Positions 51,601-64,000 of a stretch of DNA of 64,000 nt are shown piece by piece. Positions within the stretch are counted from its first letter, which is position 1, and every line of letters starts with the position of its first letter. Position numbers and translations under genes: made by a program. A model generated the notes under the pieces. The model saw only the letters and a list, made by a program, of their open reading frames with translations. It ran no database searches and was not told where the DNA came from. This stretch comes from Nymphaea colorata (lineage: Eukaryota). The stretch is from contig NC_045138.2 in assembly GCF_008831285.2 (NCBI RefSeq), positions 26,164,001-26,228,000 on the forward strand. Reading direction: 5' to 3'.

Positions 51601-53184
51601 TTAACACAAAAAAAAAATGAAATACAGAACATATAAGAGCTACTAATACTCAAGGCTGAAAAAGAAAACACTGTTTACACATCATAAGGACAACCAAACT
51701 TTTTCCACGAGTATATAATAACTTCACTAACTGAAAAAAGAAAAATCAATACTGCCTCAATAACTTCCCAGACAATGAAAACGCAAACTTTAAGACATTG
51801 ACATATCTACTAAAATAAAAGGCATAGGTTATGAATACAAACATCATCAACTGCAGGTACTGGATGTCCTGGACCAGCATTTGCATTCGCCTGCACCAGA
51901 GAAAAGCATTTTCTAAGATAAATACATGCTTTATTGCAGGGAAATAACAACAATTTCCCCATTTAAGAATATAATACGAAATCACTTTTCAATATTTTAC
52001 TCAATTCAAACTTCAAATTCCTTGTTCTGTAACTTAGTTTTCTGTGTGACATTGCATTTATCTGTCATTAAAGTAGAACACAAACAAATCTGGAAATGAA
52101 GGAATCATAAAGAAGACTAAATGGCCATTGCTCTCATATAATGTGTACCAACCTACATTTAATGCATATTTGAACAGCATAACATGAAACACATTGAACA
52201 CCAAGACAGCCAACTAAATCTGGTTCTAGTCGAAGAGGGCGCTTTGGCAAGATATAAGAGAACAGACATGGATTAGGACGAACAACCATCATAAAAGGTG
52301 GACAGCATCTAAGTAAATATTTATCACACTATACATTAGTATGAGGCCTTAACAGTACTGAGTAATTGGTAAGCAATGAATCCGATTTCATGCAAGTTTT
52401 TCTGGTTTTTTTTTTTTTTTGGCCTCTGACAAGAACTACATGGATGGATCACCTAGACTCGCACCAAATTAAAAGTTGATCTCCTCAGCCTAAAGCCATG
52501 TATATATCACAAGGAAATGCTCTAATGAATCTACTCCTTGGGGAGGAATGCCCTGTGTTCATGGGGATGCATATATGTTCTGATGGACAAGCATAAACAC
52601 ATATAAATATATAATACATAGATACATATGCATATACACATGTATAGTCTTCAAACTATGGTCCTGAAAACTAAGAACACTATAGGCGTATCAATGTGCA
52701 AAATCAGGATGGAAAGATGAAGAAATCTACAGCATAATGAAGAAGCAAAAATTAGTGGGCCATGGTAAAAACTCAGGAACAATGAGAATTTCCTACCAGA
52801 TTTTCAAATCTTTTAAGCCTTGCTTCCAAGTCTATGCAGCGCGTCTGCAAAGAAAAGTCCCACAAAACATTGGTTCAACTAAAAGTGGAACACAGGAAGG
52901 GGATTAAACAATAACATTTTGATGATGAAACAAAATTACCTCAGAAATAGAAGCTCTAGCCTCTGCACTTGCAACATTCCTCAATGCTTCTGCCAACTCT
53001 TTCCTCATATCCTCTACTTGCTGCATGGCAGTTCTTACTGTCTGTTCCCTATCACGTGTAAGATTTTGTACAAGCTTCCTTTCATCCTGAAGCTCCTGCT
53101 TAGCTTCAGCCCACTCCTTCTGTAGATAATCAAGGTGAATATTCAATTCAGCAACAAATTTTTGTTCAAGAAAAATGCAGTAAC

Positions 53185-53220
<36 letters not shown>

Positions 53221-56200
53221 TGTATGTATGTCTGTGTGTGTGTGTGTGATGTTTTCCTTAAATTCTGAGAGCTCACACAATCCAAGGAAAATACCATGGT
53301 GTTTTATGGCCTGCATCCATTCTGTGTGAGTACAAAGAATTCAGAAAAATTTCCTGTTGAAGAAAAAAATAGGGACTTCTCATTGGCAAGTTGCACAAGG
53401 ACTTCTTTATAAAAGCCTAAAAAATCTGATATTTTATTTTAAAAATGATAAGTTCACAAACTATTTTTAAAAATCGTTATTTAATGCTTAGAAATTTAAA
53501 AAAAACAAAAAAAACAAAAAAACAAAAACAACAACACATTTACTTCTGATACCTGGCTCCAATGTTGCATGGACACTTGAGAAAATACGAAGTGTCAGTG
53601 TCCAACCGAATTTAACACTGACACTTGTTAATGTTAACAGTTCTGAGACACTATATTTTTTGAACTATGATAGTGTCCAGCAGGTATGTCGCTTTTTTCC
53701 CTCTTTTCCTTCCTTTTTCCACCCTCTTCCTTTCCTTCTCATCTTTTCCCCCTCTCTTTTTTAAGTCGACTCTCTCTCTCTCCAGCTCCCTGTCCAATTA
53801 AGAAGGCAACAGCCGTATGTTCTCTCTCTCTCTCTCTCCAGCTCCCTGTCCAATTAAGAAGGCAACAGCCGTCTGTTCTCTCTCTCTCTCTCTCTCTGCA
53901 CCTCCTATTCTTTAAAAAGGAAGAGAGGGATCTGCCATCTTTCAGGAAAAGATGACCCGGGGCCATCTTTTATGAACGAGCTTTTCAAACTTTATTTTAT
54001 TTAAATCAAAATTCTAATTAGACTAAAATGACCATAATATAAAAAAATTTACAAATGTAAACCAACAAAGCAATTAAACAATTAATTAATTATATAACCT
54101 GATTTATTGCCATCTTGAAACCAGACAACAATAGGGGCAAAATATCCTAGCATTTTCAAAATATTAACAAGAATGTAAATATTGTGGTGTTGAAATTAAT
54201 ACCGATATATTTACAAATGTAAACCAACAAAGCAATTAAACAATTAATTAATTACATAACCTGATTTATTGCCATCTTGAAACCAGGCAACAATAGGGGC
54301 AAAATATCCTGGCATTTTCAAAATATTAACAAGAACGTAAGTATTGTGGTGTTGAAATTAATACCGAATTACCGATATTTCTCATTTTTCACAAGTCATT
54401 TTTTTTAATATTTTGTTCTTGCTTTCTTTTGTCTCCAAAAGATTACTCTACTTGTTTCTTCGTATTGTTGTAGGAAAGGTACTGGAATACCTATTACTCA
54501 AAACTTTTTTCTTCTGTTTTTTCATAGTTTTTAAGTTCACAATTTCCAATATTTCCTAAGCAGATTCACCTAGAAAAGAACACCCAAATGAAAACCATGC
54601 CAAAAATTTGCTAATAATATTAGTGACTATGGTTTTAGCATCAAACCTAGTCTCAGCAAACTTATTTTGGCACAAATTAAATTTTGAACGCAGTTTTAAT
54701 GAATTTGAACTGGGCCAATACTCCCCATGGCTGGCCTTTTAACATATTGATGGTTGTCTCAGTCAGAGTCCATATACAGGCTTCACTTGGAAAGACATTT
54801 TTGATCTCTCTTATATCAGTCCATAACTAACATAAGAAATGACTCCTTTAATTGCATCATTTTACAATCGACTAAGTTCATGCAAGTCCAAATGCATGTG
54901 TATCTGGCATACATTTGTCAGCAATCCCTCTATGCCAAATCAACACCTCAATTGTTATCAGTTTACCAATCCACACTGAGGAAATTTGGAAATACTATCG
55001 TGTTTTGACAATTTCAATAGCTATAGGCTCTGATAAGTGATAACAGTATGATGTTTCAAAACTATAGGCGATAGCATATTAGTAACTATACAAAATCCAG
55101 ATATATCACCCAGCCTTTGCTGCCAAGGAAAATCTTAATTTCACGAATACAATCTCAAAAGTGAAGATCAAACCTGGAGAACAACAGAATACATCTTACC
55201 AAAAAAGGACATGTGACAGAAAGACAAGCCAGAAGAGATATACGAGATGGAAAAAAATACATATAAACATACTGACAGTGAGTTCTATAAAATACAAAGT
55301 GCTTTACCTGCACTCTTTGCAAATCACCCTCCAATTTTCTCCTTTCAGCTATTCTGGCATTCTATAGGTCAAGCAAAGGAGAGGAGAGAGGGAGAGGGGG
55401 ACGGTCACAGAGAAGAAATATTAGAAGAAAACACTACCAGAAACAAGAGTATGGCAGATACACTCAATGAAGAAATGAGAAGTGAAGCACCAAGTAGCAA
55501 GCCAGAACATACCTCCCGAACCTCCTCAATACTATGGAATGCATCTAGACTAGCCTGCATAAAAAATGTATATGAACAAATTTAACCATGTAAAAAGAGT
55601 AAGAACTGGCTCCACAAGAAATACCAAAAGAAGGGTTGTAACCTGTAGTCGATGAGCTCTTTCCGATAAAGCACGAACTTCATCGAGGGCCCTCTTCTCA
55701 GAATTTAGCAAGAGATCCTTTTCATGCTGCAAAGCTGAGACCTGCCAAAAAAGTGAAACAATTCTTAGATCTGTAAACTTAGGTATACCACAGACATAAG
55801 CAATCATCAATATGAAGGAGGTGCATAGACAATATCAAGTAGCAAATGCACCTGCATGGACATCTTTCGAGATAGCTCCTCTGATGATTGCACAGATTGA
55901 GAACTTTCACGAAGCCTTCTTTGGTGATCAATGATTAGTTGAGACAACTCCACGTTTCTGGACTGCATAGCCGTAACTTCTTTTCTCTGGCAAGTCATTA
56001 TTAGCCAAAGTAAGACACGCATAAATACTTCCGTATAATGAGCCAGAATATGGTAAAAAGGCAAAAGGTAACTTACCAGATCCTCAAATTCCTTAAGGAA
56101 TCTCTCAAATCGTTCATGTTCAAATTTTGCCTCCATTACTAATTTATCGCGCTCCAGTTGTAAAGACGCAACTTCATTTCTAGTAATAAAAATGAACCAG

Positions 56201-59200
56201 AATAAGCAATCACATGCCTTTGTTACTACAAGGAAAGAATAGATGAAACTTTCAAAAAGCTATAGCCTATAAGTAACCACCCTACACTAGTTCCCATTAC
56301 AGGAATCCCACAGTGATAAAAAAACAGGAGTACAAAGTAGGGATGCACAACGAGTCGAGCAACTCGAGCTCGACTCGAACTCGCTTGAGTAAAGTCGACT
56401 CGAGCTCGACTCGTTTTTTATACGAGTCGAGTTTGAGCTTAAACATAAACTCGATTATGTGAGTGAGCCGAGTTCGAGTTAGCCGAACTCGACTCGACTA
56501 AACTCGATTAAGCTCGATTTTACTTTTTGTTTGCGTTTTTAAGTTTTCCTTCCATTTTCACGTTTTTAAATTTTCCCTCTTTTTCCTTCTCTTCACCCCA
56601 AGCTTCTTTTACGCTCATTATTACACCCTTCATCATTACCCATTTCAGTCAATCAATCATCCGCTACGTTTTCCCTCCCTTTTTCTCTCTCCTCACCCAC
56701 CATTTTCTCCTTCTTCACCATGCCTTTCCTCCTCACCCACGCCTTTCACTACTTTGGGGAAAACATACTGAGGTCCCCTGTCCTCTACGTTTCTGCAATC
56801 AACGGTCCTCAAGCTCCTCTTCCTTCTCTATCTCTCCTTATCCCTTTCTCCCTCGAAAGACCGGGTTATGAAGAAAAAGGAAAGGAAACGCAAAGACAAC
56901 GGAAAGACGGGGTAGGATGCCTTCTTCGTGGACGATGCGATGAATCGGTGATTCAGCTAAAACGGCTACAACCATCGCGGCCCTCCCCAGCGCTTCGACA
57001 CGTACTCTGCTTCTCCGACGAATCTAAGGACCCGATTGAAGCTGATGACCACTCTCCAGCTTCGGTCCCCGGCTGGCTTCATCCTTCGGAGAAGACGAGT
57101 TCCTCGACCTAAACGAGTTTAAACGAGCCAACGAGTTGAGCTCGAGCTCGAACGCACTCTCTCGAGTAGAGTTTGAGTTAAAGTTGTGAAGCTCGTGTCG
57201 AGCTCGAGTCGAGCTCGAGCTGACTAAATATGAGTCGAGCTCGAGCTGACTAAATATGAGTCGAGTCGAGCCAACCTCGAGCCGGCTGAGCTCGAGCTCG
57301 ACTCGGCTCGTGTGCAACCCTAGTACAAAGGAGAAAAGAATCCTCAAAGCAAAATCAATCACCAATTGCACATCAGACCATCACACCAATGACAAACCCA
57401 AAGGATCATTCAAACCAACACTCTTCAGTTTTAGAATTTCCAAGATCAATGTCAGACAGGTGCAGGGCGCAATTAAATAAATATGTTCCACAAAAAAAAC
57501 TAGCAACAAAATTATTCTTTTTTAACTGCAATTATAAGCTATGAATTTATCAATGACACAAAGAAAGCATTTTGTTTGTTGCATGACTCAGGAGCAGCAA
57601 CCCTTTTGAAGAGTTCGCAGTGCTTAGCCCAAAATTTTTCCCAAGTTAATCCAAGAAAAGACAAACTTTAAAATTATTCCAAGAAAAATTGTATTTTAAA
57701 AGAGGTCCCAAAGAACCCGACCAAGAAATCACCAAGAATGACAAAGATTGCTATCGTCATAATTGAAAACAACAACCATCACACCTTCATAATTTGATAA
57801 AGATATTTAGGTGCTTCTGTACCAATACAACCAATTTTTATTGTATATTTTTATAAAAAATGGGCAGGAAAGCCAACACAAAGATGCTCATGGAAAAGGG
57901 AAAGAGTTTTTCATTTTAGAAAAGCTTATGCATAAATACCCAATGATTTCTTGTTCTTGAAAATATAAATAAAACAACTTTTAGAGGGTAATACCAATCA
58001 CGGTTCATCAAGGATAGAAAGGGACAACAAAATGGAAACATATTTTCCTTTTAATAAGTTGAAAACAATTGTTCGTCTCCATTAAGTTGTTTACATATAC
58101 CATAAGATAAGTGGGATTATACTGTGCACAAGAGGCTAACTGGCCCCATTTCTGTACGGCATAATAATTTTGTAGCTACTAGACATAAAGAAATTATGGT
58201 AAACTAAACTAGAAGCAGCTGGAATCCCCCATGACAATAGCTACCAAAATCCCCTCTGACACATTTAAAACAGCGAAAAAAAGAAAGGAAAAAAACTGTT
58301 GACAAACAAAGGCAAAAGACATAATGAAATGGAAAAGCAGGAAAAAAAATGCTAGCCTAGAATTATAGCATCAATTAAAATAACCTGCAAATGGCACCAA
58401 CTAATATGCAATACATATACATCCCCCAAATAAATGCATATACATACACCTCCGTAATCACCATTTAATTGTGTCAGTAGCTACCACATAAAGTCAACCT
58501 ATGTGACAATCCAAGCAGAATAGGATGCAGGCCTAACATATAAAGAATGTCAGCTGATAACTGACAATGCATGTTGACCAACATACTCATAGAATTGTAT
58601 CAGCAAACAACTAAGAGAAGATTTCAGCTGGCCAATCAATGAAACTCTACAGTAAGACTACATTGTCAAAAGCACTACGCTCATCACAGGCCCAGGTCTG
58701 AGCAGCTGTCAATTGAAATCTAGAGGCACAAGAATGGAAACTTTTCAACAGGCAGAAAAAAATGCCAAGTCACAGAGGTAAGCAAAATAAATTAAATCTG
58801 GATTGTTCAAACGGAGCAGGAAAAGAGAAGCAAACTAAAACAATCAATTGCCTTTCAAACTTATGGACAACATTAAAGTGTGCTTATTGATTAAATGAAT
58901 GCAGATTCATGAAAAGTGTTACAACCTTGCTTTAAGCAGATCCTCCTCAAGATCCTTAATACGTGCCGATGACTTGTCATCACCCTTTTTATTTGCATCC
59001 TGTTTAAAAATACATAAATAAATGGTACACACAATTTGAAGGTTAATGACATTCAACCAAACCCTTTTTTTACCTGAGATATTTCAGTATTCAAATAATT
59101 TTCCTTCCAGCCAACTTCTGCTAGATTCCCATGGTAACAGAACAGCATTAATAATTAGAGAGTAGAAACCTTAAATGCTACTAACCAGTTATTGATGAGA

Positions 59201-61721
59201 AACATGAATAATGAAAACAAAAGAAAGCTGCCATCCAATGGCATATGCTTGAAAACTGAAAAAGCTTAAAATAGCAACCTGGTATGTGTTCTTCTGTATA
59301 AGTATTGGGGGTTCCACCACGCCTTTTTAACTCCTCTTCATACAATCTCTTGTACATTCCAACCTACAGGAAACCCAACAGGAAAAAATCATTACCAGCT
59401 CCACAAATTGAAGCCTATCCTACTAAAAGCAAAAGAAGACGATACTAAGGCCCAAGGAGGAACCAGAGACAAAGAGAGCTCAAAGAGCAGGCTAACAAAA
59501 ACTTGCATACTGCACAATCGGGTGAAAACAAATAAACCATAACAATGCTTATAGTAGTGCACATATTTGAAACCATGTTCATTGTGATTTTCATTTGAGA
59601 CAGCAATACACACAGCTGAACAGCAATCTCACAGGTGGGGGTCCCAAGAGAGGAACTAAGTCTCCTAGACTATGACAAAAAGTTGTGGCACTCGTTTATC
59701 TATATCCACAGAGTGGCAGATACCTTTTCAAAAAAATAGGCATTCAAACAACAGATAGAAAAGGAGAACAAAGTAATAAAAGTTGTTACTCACAGCAGTG
59801 TGTAATGATTCTATCATGTGGCCTTGTTCTTCAGCCCGGCTTAATACTATAGCCACCTTGGAAGCTGCCTCATCCTCACGTTTCCTCATCTCCATTTCAA
59901 ACACCTCCTAGAGGCCAGCAGGTACCATGCAGCACACAAACAGCTTAAGACAAAGAACTCAATATTCATATTCAAAGAGAGATATTCTAAAAATCAACAA
60001 ACATATGAGGCACATATTTGATTGATAATAAACTGATTATGTGAATACAAACTTAACATGTATTAGACCAGCATATACATCTAGATCATAAAGATTACTA
60101 CTCTTTGACCCATATATTGCAGTACAAAACTCGCCTTAAGCTCTGCTTCTCTTTCATCTTTTTGGTGCTCCAGAGAATGAACCCGGCCACGAAGCTTCAC
60201 ATTTTGCTCCACTAATCCATTGATATTTTTAAATGGCATCTGGAAATATTCTATTTTTTTCAGAAAAATGAGGAACAGGCATAATTCAAGCTTCACAAAC
60301 ATGGTATATAGAACTTTTCAATTTAATGTAAAATAAAATTTCTAAAAAAAAACAATATCACTTACAAGATGTGGTGAATTATCCATCCTGCTTTCTATCC
60401 CTATTGACTCACCCCGAGGTCCTATGGTGTTGTCAGAGAGGATAGTACTGGGCACACCACAACGAAGTTGTATGTCATGACATTCTTTAAGAAGAATGGT
60501 GACCTAAAGAAAACCATCAAAACAAATAGCACAAGCCTGAGTATTGTAAATACAAAGGAGACAAACTTGCCAAAGCATGTCCACTATTAAAAGGAAATGG
60601 TGAAAGACACGAGAATAAAATTCCAGCAATTGCAAAGAAGAAAATTTTGCACAATCAGGAAAACTTACCTGGCTCTCAAGGTCCGTTATCTCCTTTTCAG
60701 CAGACCCTAAATCCCTCTCATGCCTCCTTAATTCTACCTGTGAAAATTTAATATTAACAACCAACACAGGCTAGCAGAAATATAACAGCCTCACCTACAT
60801 AATGACGAAAGCAAAATTTTTCTCAAGAAAAATATGAACCTTCAACTCTACTATTAACAGAAGCCATTACAAGTTTAAACCGACGAAGAATGCAAATTTT
60901 CACTCTGATCCCACAGTCATCTTGATACCAATGTGCGTCTACATGTTCTAACTTCTAACATTTCCTGTTTACTTTTTTTTATTTATGAGGTTGGACATCA
61001 TTTTCATGCCTCCTCAGTCCCCACAGTTGACTCATAATCATCCACAACATCAAAGACAATCCATGATATTTTACAGAGGCTAGGTCCAACTATAAGGTAA
61101 ATATATTGTGAGCACTCATCCATATGTAGATTTCTTATTCAATGGTTAGATACCAATATTAGCTGTATAATATTTCCAATCCTATAAATGGCATCAAGAG
61201 ATTTAACATGCATGATGGTCAATTGTGGTAAAAACAGAAGTCATTGTGCTTACTGCTTAGTGTTCCCACTATTTCCAACTTTTGGTAGCAAAAGTGCATC
61301 TCAACAGGTGTGAATATGCGCAATACATATATGTGTGTATACACACATAATTCAAATCCCAAAAAAAAATAAAAATAAATAACTGTTACATTGAGACAAA
61401 TTCAAAAATACGATTTCCAGTCCATTGTTCTAATATCTGGCCAGCTAACGCTAAATGGTAATTGTGTTTCCTGTGTATGTCCGAAAGAAATAAGGAACCA
61501 ATCTAGCAAATACTAAGAAATGGCCTATATCAACCCTGACACAATATGCAATAAAATAAGTTACTAAAAGGAAAGACTATGCACACAGACTACTGTGGAG
61601 CAAAACTTAGTACATACCTTCAGTTCCCTAATGCTATTCTCAAAAATAGCCTGGTCAGAAAGTGACTTTTGCAACTTATTTTCCAACACATTATATGCTT
61701 CCACCATTTTTTCATGCTCCG
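36875..61721 (-). CDS. NUA: Nuclear pore anchor (TPR/Mlp homologue), 5'-partial; exons 61721-61618, 60737-60669, 60503-60366, 60239-60135, 59907-59794, 59363-59279, 59117-59074, 58999-58926, 56179-56077, 55986-55852, 55741-55643, 55554-55513, 55361-55308, 53119-52940, 52844-52797, (51502-51476), 50816-50733, 50658-50584, 50474-50290, 50184-50082, 49171-49055, 47334-47242, 44591-44436, 44363-44310, 43903-43790, 43640-43563, 43408-43259, 43177-43106, 42823-42668, 42520-42467, 42325-42238, 42152-42043, 41971-41843, 39342-39280, 38635-38446, 38240-37003, 36919-36875
   Basis: Phase-consistent coiled-coil exons with NUA motifs EHEKMVEAY, VTILLKECHDIQLRCG, FKNINGLVEQNVKLR, MYKRLYEEE, AQDNYERQVLLQSEAIQEL, DLQTVINYLRRSKEIAETEISLLKQERLRLQ and EINLLRDSNVQLRAENQHNFEECQ. 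Then an acidic disordered tail (GRKLIRP, EREEGE) ending in RG-rich GRGRGR...GRGGRGARR*. Confidence 0.93.
40836..41171. mobile_element. Degenerate AT-rich element related to 45184-45992 (NUA intron)
   Basis: Left end CATTGTCACAAATATT followed by GTTTTAAACGG...TTTTTCTCAG, shared with the 45184 element. Flanks GTTGGAAA and ATTGGAAG only loosely match. Confidence 0.5.
45184..45992. mobile_element. Non-autonomous hAT-type DNA transposon (809 bp) in NUA intron
   Basis: Perfect 16-bp TIRs CATAGCCACAAATATT and AATATTTGTGGCTATG; 8-bp flanks ACACATAC and ACACACAC; AT-rich non-coding interior. Confidence 0.8.
48546..48612. repeat. Compound (TC)n(CA)n(TA)n microsatellite
   Basis: Three adjacent dinucleotide runs. 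Confidence 0.93.
53770..53897. repeat. ~57-bp tandem duplication bounded by CT runs
   Basis: CTCTCTCCAGCTCCCTGTCCAATTAAGAAGGCAACAGCCGT-TGTT occurs twice. Confidence 0.88.
54047..54367. repeat. 162-bp tandem duplication in NUA intron
   Basis: ATTTACAAATGTAAACC...GTTGAAATTAATACCGA starts at 54047 and again at 54209, with a few substitutions. Confidence 0.92.
56338..57322. mobile_element. Non-autonomous hAT element (985 bp) in NUA intron
   Basis: TIRs TAGGGATGCACA and TGTGCAACCCTA (1 mismatch); perfect 8-bp TSD GTACAAAG at 56330-56337 and 57323-57330; dense subterminal CTCGA/TCGAG arrays at both ends. Confidence 0.92.
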
Positions 61722-62157
61722 CTGAGATAGACAAAGAAAAAGAGAAAAAGTTCCAAAGAACTTAAGAACTGATAGAGAACTCCATTTAGTGCAAAATTCA
61801 AATGAATCAAATTATTTCTTTTTTTTACATATATTCCTAAAGCTTGCATCATGATGTCAGTAAAAACATGCAAGGAAAGTACAACTAGCATAACACAAGT
61901 AGCAAGAAACAAAACACAGCAAAAGCTCAATGAATAAAGAAAGACTTAAAGCATGTTAACAGAAAAACGACCAAATATGGAACGTCAAACATCAAAAAGA
62001 GAAGATCTAATATCAATAGATCCCTCAGGAGCTCCCAATGCTTTAAAATTCCATCAGAATATTGCAACAGAAAATACATAACAATCCAACAGAAAATATC
62101 AATAATACACCCAAACTCAAGCAAAGTCGCTAACATGCATCCCAAATCATCGCTTCT

Positions 62158-64000
62158 GATACCTGCCATTGCAAAAATTTTGACTCTAAAATTGGGGTGA
62201 GCAAGGCCTAATCGAACTTAGATTGTTATGTATTTTCTGTTGGAACACGTATAATTATTGTTTGAGCATGCTAGAATTTAGAATTGATGATTTGGGATGC
62301 ATGTTAGCGACTTTGCTTTTTGGGAAAAGTTTAGGATTATGTTGGAGAAGCGATGATTCATGTCTATAATGATCTTTTAAGCTTGAGGTGTTAATTTTCG
62401 AAGCTATTTGGAAGCATGGTAGAGATTTTGATGTGGGTGAGAAGATTTAGAATCGTTTTAGTGAGCATGTGGAGCATGCCATTGTCAGTGGGCGTATTAT
62501 AGTGTTAGTTGGAGAAGAATATGTAAGTTGGGTGTATTATTGGGAAGACGCTTCAACTAAAGAAAGCAATTGAGAATGTGTTAGTGATAGTTTGATCGAA
62601 GCTTTAAGTTTAGATAACCTCAAAGAGTTGGGAAGAGACCTTTTTGAGGGCTTTGTAGGTCGACACTACCCGTCGACACCCTCTTGAGGCAATGGCATGC
62701 CTCAATGATTTTGTTTTTATTTGTTTTGATTGTGGAGCTAAACCAGTAGAGAATTTAGTCATTTACCGCTTGTGTATGTTTGCAAGTACACCGAGCACTT
62801 CCCGTAGACCTTGAGTGACCAGATTAGAAGTTCGAGGCGTTTTGGGTGTTTTGTGAACACGTGACAGGTATGGCGGCATTCCAGGCAAATCCCTTCCTGG
62901 GGCCAACTTGAGAATGTGTGTTCCTAAGATCTTAGGATTGTGATGTGATTGAATGATTGTTTTGTGAGTGAATGTATGTATGCATGCGAATGACTTGATA
63001 TGTGATAAGCTTTGTTTTGAAAAGCTATTAGAGGCATGTTTTGAAAACTGTTACGCATTTGCATGTGCATGCTAGAATATATAACTGCTTAGGACAGATG
63101 AAGTGAGGTATCAAGTTGAGTGTCTCATCGACCCCAATTGTGCATTAGAAAGCATCCTAGAATGATAACTGCCTAAGACAGCTACGAGCCAATCACGGAT
63201 CGAGACTACTTTCCGGGATTTGGCTAAGTTTTGAAAGATGTAATTGATAAGATATGAGTTTTTATAAATGTGAATGTTGTGATTTGTTGCATATGTATTG
63301 TCGCGGGCAATGATGCAACTGAATAAAATTGAAGGGTAGTTGTACTTGTATTGTTACGACGGCTAGCTAAGAACGTTAATGTTATGTGTACCTCTCGTGT
63401 AGAGGCAATTGGAGGTGTAGGTGCACTCGTGAAGTGAACCAACCTCATGAGCTAGCCAATCATTTTGTGAATGTGCAATTAGAATGATAATAATGAAAGG
63501 ATAAGAGATGAGAGGCAAGTGGGATGTGGCTATGTGATTGGGAGTCGTCCCGCCTTCGCCACTGGTTTCGCCTGTTCGGAGCGCAGGCAGTGCAAGGCCC
63601 TAGGGTACTGTTGTGTGATGTACTTGGAGCGTTGAGCTCCCGCCTTCCCAACCTGGGTGTCCTAGGGAAGGCTAAACATCTCTCCTTTGAATTCACACAT
63701 CCATGGATGAGTGCTCTACCGCTACAGTGGGTGAATGGATCCATACTGTTTTGGGCCACCACAGGGGTTGTCTCTCGGCTGTAGGTTATCCACGGTGTGC
63801 ACGTACATGTGTTTGCACCCATAGGAACTGTCAATTCACTGAAGTTAATAAAAATGAAAAGAATATGAATGAAATGGAATATGAATGATGTGCTTGTGAA
63901 TGAAATGAATGAGAATGATATGTTTATGCATGCCTTATATGTGAATTGAAAACGTGTTATCGTGGTCATTGAGTGGCCTTTACATGTCGTGGCCTATGTG
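62158..64000. mobile_element. Probable LTR-retrotransposon (Ty3/gypsy-like LTR) remnant in a NUA intron, extending past the window
   Basis: Abrupt switch from A-rich host intron to G/T-rich non-coding sequence with repeated TGATTG/TGAATG/GCATG-type motifs. No NUA exon is recognisable. No terminus, TSD or coding domain is visible. Confidence 0.45.

Noticed and set aside
56338..57322. CRISPR-like or satellite array suggested by recurring CTCGAG motifs
   Set aside because: Irregular spacing without unique spacers, bounded by TIRs and a TSD, in eukaryotic context: transposon subterminal repeats.
1..64000. tRNA, rRNA, snRNA or miRNA genes
   Set aside because: None recognised by eye; tRNAscan-SE and Infernal/Rfam would be needed to exclude them.

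Overview
Flowering-plant nuclear DNA with spliceosomal introns, microsatellites and many small transposon remnants; most short ORFs in the supplied track are intron-interrupted or spurious. I assembled six genes by hand from splice sites and conserved motifs: (1) mitochondrial-type thioredoxin o (minus, WCGPC, runs off the left edge); (2) UDP-N-acetylglucosamine pyrophosphorylase (plus, 15 exons, 479 aa); (3) urease accessory protein UreD (minus, 8 exons, 311 aa); (4) an intronless VQ22/JAV1-like VQ protein (minus); (5) a PME8-like pectin methylesterase with a poly-His tract (plus, 5 exons); (6) the 3' part of NUCLEAR PORE ANCHOR (NUA/TPR; minus, >30 exons, 5' part beyond the right edge). Mobile DNA includes a complete 452-bp TRIM with a 5-bp TSD, hAT-type non-autonomous elements with 8-bp TSDs, and a probable LTR-retrotransposon remnant. 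I see no convincing new multi-gene system. The most unusual signals are a ~95-bp junction built from scrambled reverse-complement copies of nearby sequence (Pol-theta-like repair scar), a CAG-TAG tandem acceptor that toggles a stop codon in ureD, an in-frame upstream ATG adding a transit-peptide-like leader to UAP, and a TRIM with TG...TA ends. All identities come from recalled motifs, not database searches.
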